From contig CP154954.1 in assembly GCA_039621445.1 (NCBI GenBank), forward strand, positions 11,133,229-11,197,228: a DNA stretch of 64,000 nt, written 5' to 3'. Position numbers and translations under genes: made by a program. Source of the DNA: Euglena gracilis (lineage: Eukaryota). The notes under the pieces are model-generated. The model was not told the origin of the DNA and searched no databases. It saw only the letters and a list, made by a program, of their open reading frames with translations. Shown in pieces: positions 23,101-36,137 of this stretch. How positions within the stretch are numbered: position 1 is the first letter of the stretch; each line of letters starts with the position of its first letter.

Positions 23101-25273
23101 ATCCAGTACACCATGAAATTCGCGAGTAATTCGCGAACAATAGTCAGCAGACTTGGGGAGTTGGTCCGCACTCTCAATGACCGCAGAAATCTGCGTTGAG
23201 GGTGTGGCATCCCCCTTGGTACCAAGGTATCTTGGCACACGCACATCGGATATTCCGAATGCGTCAAAGAAACAAACGCCAAAAATTATTTCTTTAACCG
23301 GTGGTAATAATATACTGGACGTCCTCAATCCCGTTGCGCAAGGTAACTTTATATCGCCCGCTACTACCTAACCTCTCCAAAATTTCGCATGGGCCGAGCC
23401 AAAGAGGATCTAGCTTGGAGGATTGCATGCGGGTGCGGTTATTCCGTACCCACACGTGGTCACCTGGACTATACACAGGCACAAAAATCCTCGAATAGTG
23501 GTACATCAGCGGGTAAATCCCACCAGTGGAAACACACATGGGATAGTTGGTGAAACCAATCCGCATTCGGATTGACGGGTATGAGGAGAGCTCCTCGCGC
23601 TTCATCGCGGAGGATTTTCTCCACCACATCCGGGAAAAAGTTCGGGAGAGGGTGCATCCAGAGCACCGTATCACCCCAAAATTTCAGAAATGCGTTGGAA
23701 TGTCGCGACCAATATCGTGACAAGCGCGCATGCGCTTTTGATGAAAACACATCAATTTCTAATGACAAATCGAAGGAATCAGCCACAACCGCGATTTTGG
23801 AGAACGATCCCTCCAAAATTCGGTATTGACCAAAATTTAATGCGTTCCATACGCGCATCGCGTATGTGTCGACCTGGTTCGCGGGGTGAAGAGCAGTAAC
23901 GCAATTCAGGGATCCGCAAACATAAGTCAAGGGTGTTTTATCCACTCTCCCTAGGGGCATTCCTCAATGTTGATGGGTTGGATGGGTGTATACCCAGTCC
24001 ATATCATGCGAGATGGAGGTGGGGGAGGTGTGTGACACGGATTTCGCTGTCCCAAACAACAAGGCAATACCTCGTTGTTGGAGCACTTGATGTACGGTCG
24101 CGCATTGCGAACCGCAACCAAGTGTATGGTTGCGCGAAATCGGGATTATTGTTGGTGTTTGGACTAGGCATCCACAATCGAAATCTGGCTGGGCGGAAAT
24201 TCTCCCTCAGTGCACACATTGGAAGGGAGTGTCGGAGTAGTGGTCCTGGTCGCGCACGTTGGTCTGGTGGGGGTGTGTGTAAAAGTCGGGATGCGCTGTT
24301 GTAGCTGCTGGGGGGTGTACAGATGTATCTGAAAGCGATACATCTGGTGGAAAACGGGGTATTGGTGCAGCTGGGCGACTACTCGACACCGTACGTACTT
24401 CAGGCCTTTGGGCTTTCGTCTTGTAACCCAGTGGAACGAAAGGGGTACCGCTACTCGCTTGCCCTGCCTCATGGGGAACGGAAGTTGGTGTGTCAATGGG
24501 CAGGGGGTGAACTTTCTCGGTACACCCGGTGTGGAAAACGTTGGTTGGTGTGGTTGGTAACGGGGTAAATTTTTTTGAAATCGGTGTGGAAATATTGGTG
24601 GTCGTCGCGGTTGACGCCACGGGTGCTGAAGGTTTGGGGGGCAATGAAGAGAATGGTGATGTGCGCCAACCGTGGGAGTGGCAATCCACTACCAGCCGGT
24701 GCTGACGTAAAAAGGGGTATCCAAGAATTACGCCAGAACCATGGATTCCGGATTCGTATCCCCAGGTATCCGGAAAATTTTGCGTTTGGGGGGGGTGTGA
24801 GTGGTGCTTGGGGATGAGGGGTAGGACAATGTCCAAAAAGCATCCCAAGTCACCGCCGCACATGGGGGTGTTGTCAGCCGTCGTAATTTTGATCAGCTTC
24901 TTGGCTTTCACCAAGAGGGGGGTTGGTATCAACCCGAACCGAAAAAGTAGTGCAATGCGACAACCAGTATCAATGAGAATTTTGACTTTTGCACTACAAT
25001 TTTGGAATTTGATTTCCGCTTGGACCAAAAGTTCAATGGGGGGTAAGCAAAGTGAAGGGTCTGGCGAAAATACGTTTTCTTCCAGCTTTCCCATGATCCC
25101 TTTCCTACTTTGCACAACATTCCGAGCGGAAAGCTGGAGTGGGGGGTGGGGGACCCGAAAATTTTCCGGGTACCGACCAGAAAGGCAGATGGGCAGGGGG
25201 GGCGGGGTTGATCAGGTCCTACCTCCATCTGTTCATCAGCCCAGAGGTCCGTTCCCTCGGACCTCGGGCTCCC
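20164..25273 (-). pseudogene. pol: Pol of element A: aspartic protease, MTase-like domain, RT, RNase H, integrase, chromodomain
   Basis: LIDTGC and ILGYPF (protease); LDYRYLN, FDLEDGFHQ, YIDD (RT); EVDSSDYAVGGVL, REKE, LTDH, ADPLSR (RNase H); HHCC and DDE (integrase); chromodomain; several stops and frameshifts. Confidence 0.93.
23240..23835 (-). other. DNA N6-adenine methyltransferase-like domain inside Pol of A
   Basis: EIDVFSS..HARLSRYWS...NAF...W..TVLWMHPLP...VVEKI.....GALLIP.....WF follows the DIRS-type Dam MTase motif order, with NPPF replaced by HPLP. Confidence 0.75.
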
Positions 25274-28200
25274 CTACTCCAGGTCCGAACCGGCCGAATA
25301 GCCGCTATGGGCCTTTTAGAGGTGTAGAAGGATTTCAACGTGCGCACCGCCATGCGGGCATCGTCGAAATCGGTATCCGTGGTCTCATCCCCCTCCCTGC
25401 CCGAAGCCGGGGTGTCATCCTCCAAACAAGATATCTTGAAACCGACTTTATGGCGGTTGGAGGAGTGACCCTTGTCACCGCGATTCATACCGCGATGACG
25501 TTGGCCAGGGCGTGGAGAACGAGAACGCAGACATTTGGATGAGTGGTGATCACTCGATCCACAAAGCGAACACCGAGATTTGTGTCGCGATTCTGGGTAA
25601 CGGGGGGATCGGTTTCCCGATTTCCCGTCAACCGTCGCGGTGACCGGATATCCCGTCGACGATGACCGGTGTATCGAGGTTTTCCCGACGAGGATCGCGA
25701 AGAAGATGATCCGCTTCGCAAAACACGATCGCGATGTCTCGCGATGAGAATCACACTTCTTGGACAGGGCACCGGGTGACCTACCCCGAGGGGTACCGTG
25801 TTTCCGCTGATCGCAGAACAGGATCCGGGGGCTAATACCACCGGAACGGGCACCCGATGACCGTGAATTGCCCAATTGGCGTGAAAATGCGGAGGAACCC
25901 GAACCCCGTGATGTGGTCGAGCCTCGCGGACTCTGAATACGCTTACACACTTCAGGATTAGGACATTCCCGAGACATATGTCCCGCTTTGTTGCAGAAAA
26001 AGCACACTTTATCCGTGGCTTGGTCCGAAGAACGCGGATATCGCGTTTTCGATCCCGTGTTTGGTGAGGTGGGTGAATCCGGTGATTTTTGCAATGCGTT
26101 CACCGAACCAGCCGGTAATCCAGCGGTTGGGTGTGCGTTATACGCGGATTGAATCTGACCAAGAAGCTGTGATAGCTTCAACTGCTTGGAAACATAATTC
26201 CAGCGTTGGTCAAGAGTCATTGGATGACTCGCCAACTCCTCACGGTGGATATCCTTGATGAGACTAGGCGTGAAATGCATGAGAACAGCATCAAACTGTT
26301 CGTGCACTTGCTTTTCACTGAGTTCATCCACTTCAGCGGCAAGTCCTAACCATTTGGCATACCAAAGGTCAATGGACTTCCACTTGCGGTCGGGTGGGGC
26401 GCATTGCCGCCACTTGGTCTCTAGGGTAATCCTAGCGACCAAACTTGAACTGGTGGAAGCGTATTGCTCCACCAGGTCATCAAGGGAAACGCGGTAGCGA
26501 ATCACGAGTTGTCGCGCGCGTTCCTTCTCATCCCTAGGGAGGCAATCGATGAATTCCATCTTGATCACCTCCGGGTTTGTGTCCTGGGTTGGCCCTTTTA
26601 ATGCCCAGTAGTACTGCAAGTCCCGGAAAAACTGTCTCCATGTGGTTGGATCACCGTCCCATTGGGGTTTCACCTTATTCGCGATTGCGATGGTGCCCTT
26701 GAAGTCTTTCTGAGAAACCCAATGACCCTCGGTGGTATTCCGTGGTTTTGGGCCTGGGTACGCTCGAGCACCAAGCGTATCCTTTCCGGAATCTTGGCGG
26801 AATTCGCGAAATTTCTGGTGAAGGTGAATCCTGGTACCAGAAATCCGGTCGCAAACCCTGTTGGGCACCCGTAATACGGGGACTCTCCGGTGTGGGGGTA
26901 TGTCGCGCATGCAACATGTGACCCACTCCCGGTGTACGGGTTTGGCTCATTCCACGCACAAGCATGGAATGATGGATTTCTTGGTGGGACTTGGCGGAAT
27001 CGCCGTGTTTTCCGAAAATTCGGTTCCCGTAATGGGAAATTCATCCGAAAACTGGGTTTGGGTTGTGGGCAAGGCCAATGGTGGCACAATTCGCGGAATC
27101 GCGGATTGTGACACTCGGGACACGGGTTGTGGTCGTGCATGTGCACCTAGAGTCGGGTTATGAAAACACGACTCTGAAACATTTGGCGCGTCTTCGGCAA
27201 TGCATACTGCCGAATTGCGGTGTGAAACCCGCTGTTGGTTGGACACATTATCCAAACCCACAGACAAGTCATGCACAGTTTGCTCCAAGTGCTCAACGAG
27301 TTGGAGTTGACCGCAAATACGGTCAACTTCATCCTCCAAAGCGCGAATACGCTTGCGGTAACGGGAAAAGTCATCCGAGTGCGGAAACCTTTCGGAAATT
27401 TCGGTAACATCTTGGACAAGGTTCCCGTGAGAATTATCCAATAATTGGAGTTGTCCCATTAATGCTTTTACAGCATTTGAGAGAATCTGCAGTTACCTTG
27501 GTTGGTGTGGTGGTGGGTGCAACCGGTGCAGCGTTATCCGACAACGCGGTTGTGGTACCCACGGGAAAATTTGCGGATTGCAGCTTATCCAAAAACGCGG
27601 AAATTCGCTCATCCAACCTGGTAATTTCACTTTGCGTGGATCGGGCATTCCGATTAACCGATTATTCAAGCAGTAATAGGCTGTTGCAGAAACTTGCAAT
27701 GTTTCCTGATTGTCAGTGAGCATTTTGTCATAAAATGCCTTGAAATCGGGGTTCTCGGTAATCCAGGAATTGGAACCTGCAGGTAGAGACTGCATTTCTT
27801 TTTTTTTAGCAGACACCGATGCATACCGGGTCTGGAGTTTTCCAGTAGCAGTTTGAATACCGCTAATGTCCGGAACTCGGTGGGAAAGTGCGCAATAGCT
27901 TTGTTGCAAACCCCTAATGGCCGAGTTAATCCCGCCAATGTCGGATTGCAACTGCAACTGCAGGGAATCCTGCCGTTGTGCTACTTCTGCGACTTTCGCG
28001 CTCAGATTGGCTAATCCAACCCGATTTGCGTCACAATAGCAGGTTTTCTGATCCAAGCGGGAAAGTCGCTCCTCCAACTGCCGCACATACGTGTGGGGAG
28101 CAAAATTCTCGTTGGATTGTGACTGGAATTGCCGAAATTTTTCTGTTTCTTCATCGCACAACTGCATAATGCGGTGTTGCGATTCATGGAAAGTTGCGGA

Positions 28201-29251
28201 CAATGTGGTGAAATGGTCCATAGACACAAATCCACCACTGTTTGATGTTGCAGACAAGGAATGTCGTGCATGCAACTGTTGTTGCAAATGCACGAGATTG
28301 TTGCAAATGAACAGGACTCCATTTGTCCGGATAACTGTTGTAGTGAGTCACGCAAGTGCAGAAACTTGGAATCATTCCGCGTTTCCGCTTCATGCATACA
28401 TTCACTAATTTGCCGGAAGTTTTGCGGGAGTTGTTGGCATATTTTGTCAAAGGTTTCCCGAAAGCTTGCAAGGTCAATACCCGCACTTTCGAAATTCCTC
28501 TGGCAATATTTGCCAACTTCCTGCAAGTAATTCCAGCAGTATTCCAGCTTGGTGAAGACAAGTTTTTTTCCATGTCGTCATCAAACTGGAGCACTTTGTT
28601 GAGTGCGGTTGCACAATCTGCAACGCATTGTTGCACGTGGTTGAACTGCCTCACAAGGGGGTGATCCCCTGGAAGCTGAGCAACGATATCCTGCACGTCC
28701 TCAGCAGTGAGGAGCTCACCAGTGCCCTTCCCATAGCCATCCATGTGTTGGGACGTACCGGAGAATTCCGGTACCACTAGGCGAGTTTCCGGTTGCCAAG
28801 GTAGTGCGGGATAGCACCCAAGATCGGGTGGTGGTGGCAAAGCTCTGTAAGGGCTTGCCGGTGGAAGAACGGGTGGTGGTTGAAAGAAACACGGGCTTTC
28901 TAGCCCACCATCACCCGAGAAGCCCGGTGGCTGAATCACCACGGGTCTCTCCGGTGTGTGCAGCTGCACCATTGCCGCAGACAGAGGCGAATACCCGCTT
29001 TGTGACAAGGTGAGTGCGGAAGAGGCCGCATTAGCCTCTGAAGCCAATGATGTGGGGGGCTCATTGCCGACCACTGTCAATGATGACAAATGTTGCAATC
29101 TGGACAATTGAACCAATTGTGCCTCATCGGCGTGGGAACTGGAAGCAGTTTCACATAAAAGCTTCCAATCCCCATTTTCCTGGTCAATGTCTTGCAATTG
29201 TGCCTGTAATAAGGCATAGTTGAATTGATGGTTGGGGCCTGTTCTTTGCAT
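25274..29251 (-). pseudogene. gag: Gag of element A (long coiled-coil N-terminus, capsid-like region, two CCHC knuckles), frameshifted
   Basis: PQWDGDPTTWRQFFRD capsid-type motif; CFFCNKAGHMSREC and CSLCGSSDHHSSKC; split across ORFs 28184-29305, 27493-28293, 26947-27459, 25219-26910. Confidence 0.85.
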
Positions 29252-29523
29252 CTTACTGATGACAAAAACAGCAAAAACGCACAAAACTAAACAGTTGTGC
29301 GGCACCAGAGGGGCTGTAACGGGTAATACCGTACAGAACCTTCCGGAGCCTGCTCGTCTGCTTAGACGTTGACTAGAAGCCGGAGCTGACGCTGCGACCG
29401 TGTAATAACGGAGCAGGGGCCCTCCGCTGCGGGTCAGCGTAGGATAGAATCAAACTGCAACCAAGTGTAATAACTGGTAGCCTTTTGTTTTTCTGTATGG
29501 GCTGTATGTGTAGGATCGTGACC

Positions 29524-29536
29524 TCCTCTGCTACCA
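29524..29536 (-). promoter_or_regulatory. Primer-binding site complementary to the initiator tRNA-Met 3' end
   Basis: Minus strand TGGTAGCAGAGGA is the reverse complement of ...UCCUCUGCUACCA, the 3' end of a typical eukaryotic tRNA-iMet. Confidence 0.85.
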
Positions 29537-29853
29537 CGTGTAAGTCTGATTCCCAATTCTCCTTTCCCAATTCCCAAAAAGCCTTCGCTTTCGCCTTGGC
29601 GCACCTACTTGGGAACTGAAAATCAGAGTAACAGAAAATTCCTTTTTCCCACTTCCCAAGAAGCAATGCACGAAGCAATGCAGGGAGGACGGACTGGATA
29701 TCCAAGTCCGGTCCGGAGAAAAGGAAGGACAAAGGGAAAAACAGAATACCACCTGTGGAGAGAGAAGGGGCACCCATTAGGAGATCCTAATAGGATCTGC
29801 TTCCATCCTAACTTCCTCAACGGAAGGGGACAGAAGCATATGCCTGGTACACA
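29537..29853 (-). repeat. 5' LTR of element A (~317 bp)
   Basis: Homologous to 40514-40828. Begins TGTGTACC on the minus strand, abuts the PBS, and interrupts the integrase of element C. Confidence 0.9.
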
Positions 29854-31732
29854 CCTCGACACCGTTGGGTAAAGCGACTTTATAGCGCCGACTTGTACCC
29901 AACCGATCAAGGATCTCACATGGTCCCATCCAGAGGGGGTCCAACTTCGTGGATTGCATGCGAGTTCTACCGTTCCGAACCCACACGCGGTCACCTGGGT
30001 TGTATACCGGTGATTTGTAATCTTGTAAGAATTGTGTTTTTGTTTTTGTAAGTGTATAGCGACTACGTGCTTTTGCACATCCGTGCACAATAATTCTACT
30101 TCAGAGAACAATGTTTCGCAGCTCACGCTAGAACGAGCGGGTCGTTCTGACTCGATGTCGCCCATGGCTGGGGGGTCTCGTCCGAAGACGATTTTGTACG
30201 GTGAGTATTGTAATATCAGACGCGGTAAAGTGTCGATATAAAATAAACACCAGGGTAGTACTTGTAGCCAGGCATTGTGCGATTTGGCCAGAGAAAGTCG
30301 TAGCATGTTGACTACAGCTTTCACTGCCGCTTCAGCGCGACCATTTCCTTTTGGACGATAAATAAGAGAAAAATGCTGCTCGGTTCCTAGTAAATCACAA
30401 AGAATTGTAAAAAATCAAGAAGTAATCAAATGGTCTTGATCACTCACGATATCATTCGGTAAACCCATGAGGCAAATGCATCTTTCTAGAAACGTTTGTG
30501 CCAAAATTTGTGCTGTCAACCCTGCTTTCTGGCATGGAATGGCTACAATGTACCCACTCAGCCGACAGACGACAACAAGAACGTAATCGCAAATTTTGTC
30601 ATCTGTTCCTTTGCAAGGTTGAAGTTCCAGAAAATCCATGCAGAGGGAAGTAAAAATGTCATTTGGTACGGGGAAGAAATCCAACGTACCAGGGGGGGGT
30701 ACCTCTGCCCGGTTTCACAGCTTGACAAATTTGGCACCGTTGCGAATTTTGTAAACAGCGCTTGTACAAATTTTTTTCGGTCAGGGTTGTACAGTATCTG
30801 CGACCCACCAAAGAAAGAAGTTTGGGGGCCCCAGGGTGACCTTGGTTGTGATAACATAAAAGTTCGTCATCAACCAAGTCACAGGGTATGCAGTATTTAT
30901 ATCCAGTATCATTTCGGAAAATCAAACGTAAAGGTGATAAGGTATAATTCTCAAACAATTCGCCATTACGTAATCTTTTTACGACATTATTGTATAAAAT
31001 CATCCTTGGAATAATCCCATTCACGAAAAAAGAGACGAGTTGGATATTCTGATCGCGCAACTCGGCGGGGGCCCGGCATTCTGCCGCGTTTTCGTTTTCC
31101 CCGTACGGGGGCTATCGGCATCCGCCGCCAAGTCCGCGAAACAGGAAAGTTGTCAAGCAGGTTGTCAGCGGCGTCTGCGCGCCTTGCGTATTCGTCGGCT
31201 TCGCGACTTCCGTGGAACGTGGCATAACCCTTGTCAGGGTTACCAGGGTAATACCAGAGTGCACGTGAAAGTGGGTCTGCGACTTTTTGAGTATGACCTG
31301 GTGTGTAAACTACCACCAGGTTGAATTGACTCAAAAATCCGTGCCAACGGCATCTTCGGCCAACTGAGGACATGGCTTTGTTCAAGTCTTCGTTGTACCA
31401 GTGTTGGAGAGCCTCATGGTCTGTCAACACTAGTATTTGTACGAGTGAACTGGCGACCCAACTTCGGAATTTTTGTAGGATAAGGACAGTGGCGTACGTC
31501 TCCTTTTCTCGTATGCTCCATTTGTACCTTGTAGATTTCTGCTGAAGAATGCTACAGGGCGCAGTTCATTGGACGAGTTATGTTGACTCAACACACCGCC
31601 GACGGCATAGTCGCTCCTGTCGACCTCCAGTACGTATGGTTTGTATGGGTCGGCAATGTCAAGTACAACGTTGTCCAACATCAGTTGTTTAATTGTCGTT
31701 AGCGATTCTGGCATTGTATCATCCCATTGTAT
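29854..31732 (-). pseudogene. pol: Pol of element C, 3' part (RNase H, integrase with GPY/F-like module), cut by insertion of A
   Basis: EVDRSDYAVGGVL, LTDH, HNQGH..CQIC, MDF/SDQD, YNPGDRVWVR...KLDPLWMGPCEI. Confidence 0.9.
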
Positions 31733-34700
31733 CGTTGGGGGGATTGGAGGACCCTCGCCGCCCGGGGGGGCTGCTTTTTTCGCTGGGGCCACAAATTCCT
31801 TTTGCTGGCCCTGGTGGGCTCAGGCCAGGGCCTTTGGTAAGTTGGGCCCCGTTTTCAAATAAACCAACGGGCGGTAATGGGGGTGAGGTGTGCCCCCCCG
31901 ACCCGGGGTCCCCGGTTGCCCCGCGTAGGATCTTTTTTTCTTTCCATTGTTGGTTTTTCCCCATGTTTTCAACTTTGAACTTTCAGGATGAAATTCAACA
32001 ATGACAAACCAACCCACCTACTTAGGATCAAACAGCAGAGCACAACAAACCTGGGACTTGAGAGGGTGGGCAAGTACCTTTGAGTTCAGGTGTTGAGTGG
32101 GACAAAGAATGTGGAAATGAATGCCTTGGCTTCCTTTTGATGTTTGAATTGTTCTTATTGGCTCCTCAATTCCCAATTGAACAATTTGCTTTTCTGATTC
32201 TCAAATCGACTTCTCAAATTCTTCCAGGAATTTGCTGGGGTTCCAATTCCACTCGCGTGGCGGTTTACTTGGTTTTTGTTATTCCTACTGGGGGTTTTTG
32301 GGAATTTTCTGGGAAATTGTTGGCTGCCGATGCCAGCGGAAGCCGACACCCCCTCCCTTGCGACGTTAGTCGGACCCGTTTTCTGCCTCCCTCCCCCCCG
32401 AGCAAAAACGGGGAGAGTGAAATTGTTTTTTTTTTTTGGGGGGGAGAAAAATCTGTGTTTTTTTTGAAACGGGTCCTGTCGCTTTTTTTTTGTTTGAAAA
32501 TCTGTGGTACGAATCAACCTGACCCCAGCCATAATATCAGTCACCTTGGGGGTCTCTTAAAAATCAGTTCTACAGTGGGTTACCCCCCACCCCTTTCCTC
32601 CGACAGCATCGGGAACGGGTCTTTGAACACAAAATCTGAAAAACGATTCCAAACGAAACAAACTCTGGGCACTCCACCCCAAGGCCTAAGTCCCACGCTA
32701 CCCCCTTGGTGAAAATCCTTTTTGGCAGCTTTCATTGTGTGAGACTTCATTTGTCGATTCTTTTTTTAAAAAAATCAGGGACTTTGGCCAACAGTGCCTC
32801 AGAAAATGACTTGTGTGGGGAAAGAAAAGGAGAAACCCAGGCATTCCTTTCCAATTCGGGACAGAAAAGGTAAGGAAAAGGCTGAAGGTGAATGGGTGCA
32901 ATGGTGAGAGGGTAAGACGGTTATATACGGTGGGAATAGTGTACAATGGGTGTGCGGGTTCGTGTGCGTGTGTGGTTGTGTGTTTTGTGTGTCTGCACGC
33001 TCACTTCCTTGTCATGCATTCCAACCGAAAATGACTGGGCCGATTTTTTTTTTGAACACAAAGAGAACAGGGCTTCGCAATGGCCCTCAGCCACTATGTC
33101 ACAGGGCTTTAGTGCCCACGTGGCTGGTTTTTTTTTTCATTGGCCCACAACAGGGCCTATGGACGGAGGAGGGGTCATCTTCGGTCCAGGGTGCACCCCC
33201 CCCCCGAGTTTGGATGCCTCCAAGCTGTGTTCCATGAAAACCTTTGACCAATATCCAATAGTCCAAACCGAATCAAAAAACTGAGTTTTAAAACTCCAAC
33301 TCGTTTTGTCTTCCACCAGAAAAATTATCAAAACCCAGGTTTATCCAACTCTTTGAATAAAAATCCCCCAGCAACAAAAATCCTCAAAAAATCAAAAATC
33401 TGAGTCCAACCCACAAGTCCAGGGCCTACAAAAGCCCTCAACAAGATCCAAAATTCCAACTGCCATGTACAACAAACAACGTCCAACCGAGACCAACCAA
33501 CCCAACAGAAACAACATCAAGCGGCATACCGTTGCATAGGGGCCAGGCCATTCCAGCACAACCCTGGGCACAACCAATTCACAGCCGAAACCAGCCAATT
33601 CGGCTTGCCAATTAAAATTCACTGCCCCCCCCCAATCACACGGGGCAATGGGGGTCAAATGGTCAAATGACATGGCAAACTCAAAAATACTGAAAATTCA
33701 AATCCAATTTTCTCAGAAATCGATTTTTCGCTGCCCCCCCCCCCAGTCACATGGGGCCATGGGGGTCAATCTGGCTTCAGCCTCCAAACAAAAAAATAAC
33801 AAACCTGGGCCGTAATATCCAAACCGGCTGCAATCTCACACATGTCAAAGGACAGGCTTCACAATGTCCCCCCCCCACCGTCAACCAATGCGAGGAGGGC
33901 CACGGGTTAAACATTCCTGGCTGCAAAACCGGAATCCCCATTCGACGAAAAAAAATGAGAAAAATGGAAATTTCATCAATTCCCGCCATATCTGGGGTAT
34001 GACCAAAACAATCACGGTCACAATATGATGCATTCCTGTCCCCACCCAAACGTCTCACAGGGTATCCAATTCTGAGTCAAAAAATTCCAACCGTAAAGCC
34101 AAAACTGATTTTGTTCCACCACACCAACAAAAAACAGGGCTAAACACAGCCCCCCCCCCAGCTGCACGAGGAGGGGAGAAAAAATGGCTCCAAACCACAA
34201 GCAAAATCCTGAGACCCAAAAACATGAAGAATCTGATTCAGCGCTGTGGGAGCAGCCAACCTGGGCCTGGACCTGGGCTTTGGCCGTGCATCGGGCCACT
34301 GCCCACTGCAGGCTCTTGAGGTTATTAAGCTTCTCTCCCCAGCACTTCAGTAAATAAATGTACCCACCATTCTGCAACTCCACAAACAATCCACAATTGC
34401 AATCATGACAATCGTAATCATGTGCTTCAATTGCTTGGGTCTCATTAATGTCATTGAAATCTGTTCTCAATCTCATTGAACTGTTTATCATCCCCGTCAA
34501 TGAAGTCAATTCTTTGCAAACTGTCGAAATCTTTGAATTCAAAAAATTCAGTCAAAATCCTTGTTGACTTGACTGTTTTAGATCTCCATGTCAATGTAAT
34601 CATCATTGTTCCAGTCAACAAACTTGAACTTGTTGAACAAATCATCAACCTTGAAATTCTCAAATTCTTTTGCGTTGATTCTCTTCGGAGCTTCTGTTTG

Positions 34701-35632
34701 CTTGAACCTGCATGACAAGGCAACACACACGCACAAATTCACCACTGGCAACACACAAGGCAGATTTCTGAATTTTCTCACTGAACCGAGCCTGAAAATG
34801 CTACTGAACTCTGAACCAAGAAACGGCACTGAAAATCTGATCTTGATCCATCAAATGGGTTACACGAAAACTGCTCCAACAACCCTCAAACTGTAAAAAT
34901 TACCCTCAGGAGTTTTGCATTGTGAGGCGTCCCCCACTTCTGAGTTTTTCTCACTCAAGCAAACTCCACAGCCAAAAAATTGCCGCAGAAAGTGCAACTC
35001 ACAGATCAACAGATTTTTCACTGAAAAACTGAACTGAATGCCACTGATGGGCCCAAAAATGAATTTTCCTCAGAAGTGTCTTTTTCTCCTGGGTTTATCC
35101 ACCTTGGTTCCCAAGTCTGAAAAACTGAAAACTGTTTCCTGAGCCCTTAGATGGGTGGCCACAGGGGTGTTTATTCCTGGCCTGGGTGTAGCCCCACCCT
35201 TGGAACCCCTCTTTGCGCGCTTTCCCAAAAAGTTTTGGTTCGAGTGGTCCATCAGAGGTCTCCCCTACCTCAGGATTTGGCAAAAACCCAGATAAAACTT
35301 CCACAGGACTGCTGCGCTGCCACACTCGAAACCCACAATGAAACTGGACTGAAAAATCCCCAAAACTGTGCCGATTCTCCAAGATGTGTCCTTGTCCGGG
35401 GTAAAGTTTCTCTCTGGAAAAACTGTCCGGTGACAAAAGGGACCAGAAAAAACACACAAAAAATTCCAACTTGAAATGTCTGATTTGTCCCCGTCGGGGA
35501 TGGTGACAACGCCGTGCCCCACCCCAAAATGACATTTGGGACAACCGAAAACTGAAAACTCTGAAATTGAAAAACATTGATCTGGCTGCCTGAACACTAG
35601 GAGAAAAATCCCAAGCATCGTGGCTGGGCGTC

Positions 35633-35877
35633 TCCATTTAAACCCCCCCCCCCAAATAACACCCCCCCCCAAATAACACACCCCCCCCCCAAATAACACA
35701 CACCCCCTCGGGGGCCGATTTCGAGCGCCCAAATAACACACCCCCCCTGTTTTCCTTTGGTTTTCCATGTAAAAATAACACCCCCCCCCCAAATAACACA
35801 CCCCCCCTGGGGCCCCAGTTCGGGTGCCCAAATAACACACCGGGGGGGGGGTGTTATTTGGGGGGGGTTTAAGTGGA
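35633..35877. mobile_element. MITE/foldback-like element with TIRs and repeated AAATAACAC-C(n) units
   Basis: TCCATTTAAAC(n)AAATAACAC ... GTGTTATTTG(n)TTTAAGTGGA; seven forward AAATAACAC units plus one inverted; no clear TSD. Confidence 0.7.
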
Positions 35878-36137
35878 AAGCAACTGGGGAAAAAACATAC
35901 ACCCCAGAAACCAGATTCAAAAAATGTTTGACTTGGCTGTTTTTCCATAAGCCAAACTCTGTGAACTGAAAATCCAGAATTAAACTTCTGGCTGATTTCA
36001 CATCTGCCTCCAACACCAAATTACGATGAAAAACGTATGAAACAACAACAATCACAAAAACAGACCACTGAAACATACTTAACACCATAAAGTGCTGCGC
36101 TGTGCCAGTCAGTGGTTAGACCTGTGCTGAAAGACAA

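Larger units (their letters stand above)
8445..29853 (-). mobile_element. Ty3/Gypsy chromovirus-type LTR retrotransposon, copy A (5' LTR present, 3' LTR lost in the gap)
   Basis: 5' LTR, tRNA-iMet PBS, gag, pol (PR-MT-RT-RH-INT-CHD), ORF3, and a 3' UTR homologous to 41005-41650. Confidence 0.93.

Noticed and set aside
29524-29536. tRNA-Met gene
   Set aside because: Only the 13-nt 3'-end match beside an LTR, i.e. a PBS; no cloverleaf
34451-34829. EF-hand-like peptide (FVDWNNDDYIDMEI) as a captured host gene in element E
   Set aside because: A single imperfect loop with no Glu at position 12, followed by stops; too weak without a profile search
35640-35860. Repeated AAATAACAC-C(n) units as a CRISPR array or telomeric repeat
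   Set aside because: Units are short, irregularly spaced and enclosed by TIRs; there are no unique equal-length spacers or cas genes. A MITE explains it better.
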